A DNA stretch of 64,000 nt from Candidatus Omnitrophota bacterium (GTDB taxonomy: Bacteria > Omnitrophota > Gorgyraeia > Gygaellales > Profunditerraquicolaceae): positions 270,501 through 334,500 of the forward strand of contig QZKH01000002.1 of the NCBI GenBank assembly GCA_003598025.1, given 5' to 3'. The position numbers and the translations under genes were made by a program. The notes beneath the pieces are model-generated. The model had not been told where the DNA came from, did not search any database, and saw only the letters and a program-made list of their open reading frames with translations. Below, piece by piece: positions 62,597 through 64,000 of the stretch (position 1 is the first letter of the stretch; each line of letters starts with the position of its first letter).

Positions 62597-64000
62597 ATGA
62601 ACGATATCCTTGAAGGTTTAAATAAAGAGCAGAAAGAAGCAGTAACCTCTAAAGAAGGCCCGCTGTTAATAATCGCAGGCGCAGGCACTGGAAAGACTAC
62701 TGTTATAACGCGCAGGATCGCCTGGCTGATATCTCAGGGCTTAGCAAGCACTGATCAGGTTTTAGCCCTTACCTTTACAGATAAAGCAGCAGCCCAGATG
62801 CAAGAGAGGGTTGATATGCTTGTTCCTTACGGATACACAGATATATGGATATCCACTTTTCATGCTTTTGGAGACAGGATATTGAGGGAAAATCCCATAC
62901 AGTCGGGATTGAGCCCTGATTTTAAAGTGTTAAATCAGGCAGAGGCGTCGGTTTTCTTAAGAGAACACCTCTTTGAATTCGACCTTTCTTACTATCGTCC
63001 GCTTGCAGAGCCTACACGTTTCATACAGGCGCTTATTTCTTTTTTTAGCAGGGCAAAAGACGAAGATATATCAGCCAGCGAGTTATTAAAATATGCCGGG
63101 TCTCTTTCTGAGAAAGCCGCCGGCAGTAACGATGAGATCTTAAAAGAAGAAGCTGCCCACCAGGTTGAAGTTGCGCATGCTTATATGAAATACCAGGAAC
63201 TCCTGCTTAAAGAGGGGGTAGTTGATTTTGCCAGTCAGTTTTATATGGCTTTGGAGCTTTTAAGGGCTCATCCCATGGTGCTTAATGGTTACCAGAATAA
63301 ATTCAAATATATACTGGTTGATGAATTCCAGGATACAAATTTCTCGCAGTTTCAGATGATTAAGCTGCTGGCTGGGAAGAGCAGGAATGTCGCAGTAGTC
63401 GCAGATGATGATCAATGCATATATAGATGGAGGGGTGCAGCTTATAGCAATGTGCTGAATTTTATGAACGAATACCCTGATGCAGAGAAGATAACGCTTA
63501 TACAGAATTACCGCTCCACCAAGCCGATATTAGACACCGCATACCGCCTGATACAAAATAATAACCCCGATCGTTTTGAAATCAAGGCGAATATCAACAA
63601 GAGGCTTATCAGTCTTAAGGGCGAAGGAGAAGCTGTGCGTTATTTGCATTTCGATACTAATTCTGACGAAGCTGATAAAGTGGCCGCTGTAATAAAGGAA
63701 GAGTGTTCAAAAGGCGGATTCAAATACCGCGATTTTGCCATACTTGTGCGTTCTAATTCCGATTCACAGGCTTTTTTGCAGGCATTGAATATGCAGGATA
63801 TACCGTGGCAGTTCAGCGGCAGCCATGGGCTTTATTCGCGCCCGGAAGTGATGATGTGCATAAGTTTTTTACGTGCATCAGCTGATATATATGATTCGCT
63901 GAACCTGTATTATTTATTAACATCGGAAGTTTATAAAGTTGATATGAAGGATCTAAGTTATTTCTCGCATTATGCCAGGCGCAGGAATAAACCCTTGTAT
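62597..64000 (+). CDS. UvrD/PcrA-family ATP-dependent DNA helicase (5' part; continues beyond the window)
   Basis: 'MNDILEGLNKEQKEAVTSKEGPLLIIAGAGTGKTTVITRRIAWLI' Walker A; open to the end of the window. Confidence 0.88.
   Translation, partial: MNDILEGLNKEQKEAVTSKEGPLLIIAGAGTGKTTVITRRIAWLISQGLASTDQVLALTFTDKAAAQMQERVDMLVPYGYTDIWISTFHAFGDRILRENPIQSGLSPDFKVLNQAEASVFLREHLFEFDLSYYRPLAEPTRFIQALISFFSRAKDEDISASELLKYAGSLSEKAAGSNDEILKEEAAHQVEVAHAYMKYQELLLKEGVVDFASQFYMALELLRAHPMVLNGYQNKFKYILVDEFQDTNFSQFQMIKLLAGKSRNVAVVADDDQCIYRWRGAAYSNVLNFMNEYPDAEKITLIQNYRSTKPILDTAYRLIQNNNPDRFEIKANINKRLISLKGEGEAVRYLHFDTNSDEADKVAAVIKEECSKGGFKYRDFAILVRSNSDSQAFLQALNMQDIPWQFSGSHGLYSRPEVMMCISFLRASADIYDSLNLYYLLTSEVYKVDMKDLSYFSHYARRRNKPLY

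Overview
The window is 64 kb of bacterial chromosome. Reading on the + strand it is almost entirely housekeeping, and about 66 genes are co-directional on + with only rpmB on the minus strand. Gene content in order:

- LPS export: kdsD(partial)-kdsC-lptC/A-lptB.
- tig (short)-clpP.
- Class-V aminotransferase + serA.
- A secreted Cys-rich hypothetical protein.
- A LeuA-family synthase.
- purA.
- OmpA-like and coiled-coil lipoproteins.
- DUF4912 + GH57 branching enzyme.
- uppS-cdsA-dxr-rseP-ispG-proS.
- rimP-nusA-infB.
- trpS, scpA, ruvB, queH, a SpoIID-like protein, queA, tgt, trmD-rplS-rnhB-yraN.
- A C1/Wood-Ljungdahl-type block: FTCD-cyclodeaminase, folD, metF, a degenerate flavoprotein, acsB.
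- A TPR protein, polA, glgA, coaE, rho, rpmE, prfA, prmC, murA.
- A trp operon: trpG-D-C-F-[zinc-ribbon ORF]-B-A, without trpE.
- An M16 peptidase and a CNNM/CorC-type transporter.
- A small zinc-ribbon ORF (absent from the ORF track) followed by rsfS.
- argS, recJ, rpmB(-) and uvrD/pcrA (partial).

By eye I found no rRNA, tRNA, CRISPR array, transposase/integrase or obvious defence-system cluster.

The structure that stands out beyond the ORFs is a family of unusual intergenic elements at operon boundaries. They are built from short degenerate 'words' (GTTGATTC/GTTGAACC, GTTCAT/ATGAAC, CACAAAG, CACAGTG/CACTGTG) arranged as long imperfect palindromes, and one module is shared nearly identically between two distant loci.

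Other notable points:

- acsB (acetyl-CoA synthase, A-cluster motifs visible) stands alone, without CODH/CFeSP partners nearby.
- A Nox-like flavoprotein sits between metF and acsB with both dinucleotide-binding Gly motifs degenerate.
- The conserved N-terminus of rsfS lies upstream of the first canonical start codon, in frame with the stop of the preceding zinc-ribbon ORF.
- ProS has its editing (INS) domain replaced by a CxxC...CxxC mini-insertion.
- TrpS carries a C-x21-C-x6-C-x2-C Fe-S-type motif.
- The trigger factor lacks its PPIase domain.
- LptC and LptA appear fused into one ORF.

All calls rest on recognising motifs in the translated ORFs and on my own reading of the DNA; no database searches were run. 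Coordinates I derived by hand rather than from the ORF track may be off by 1-2 nt.
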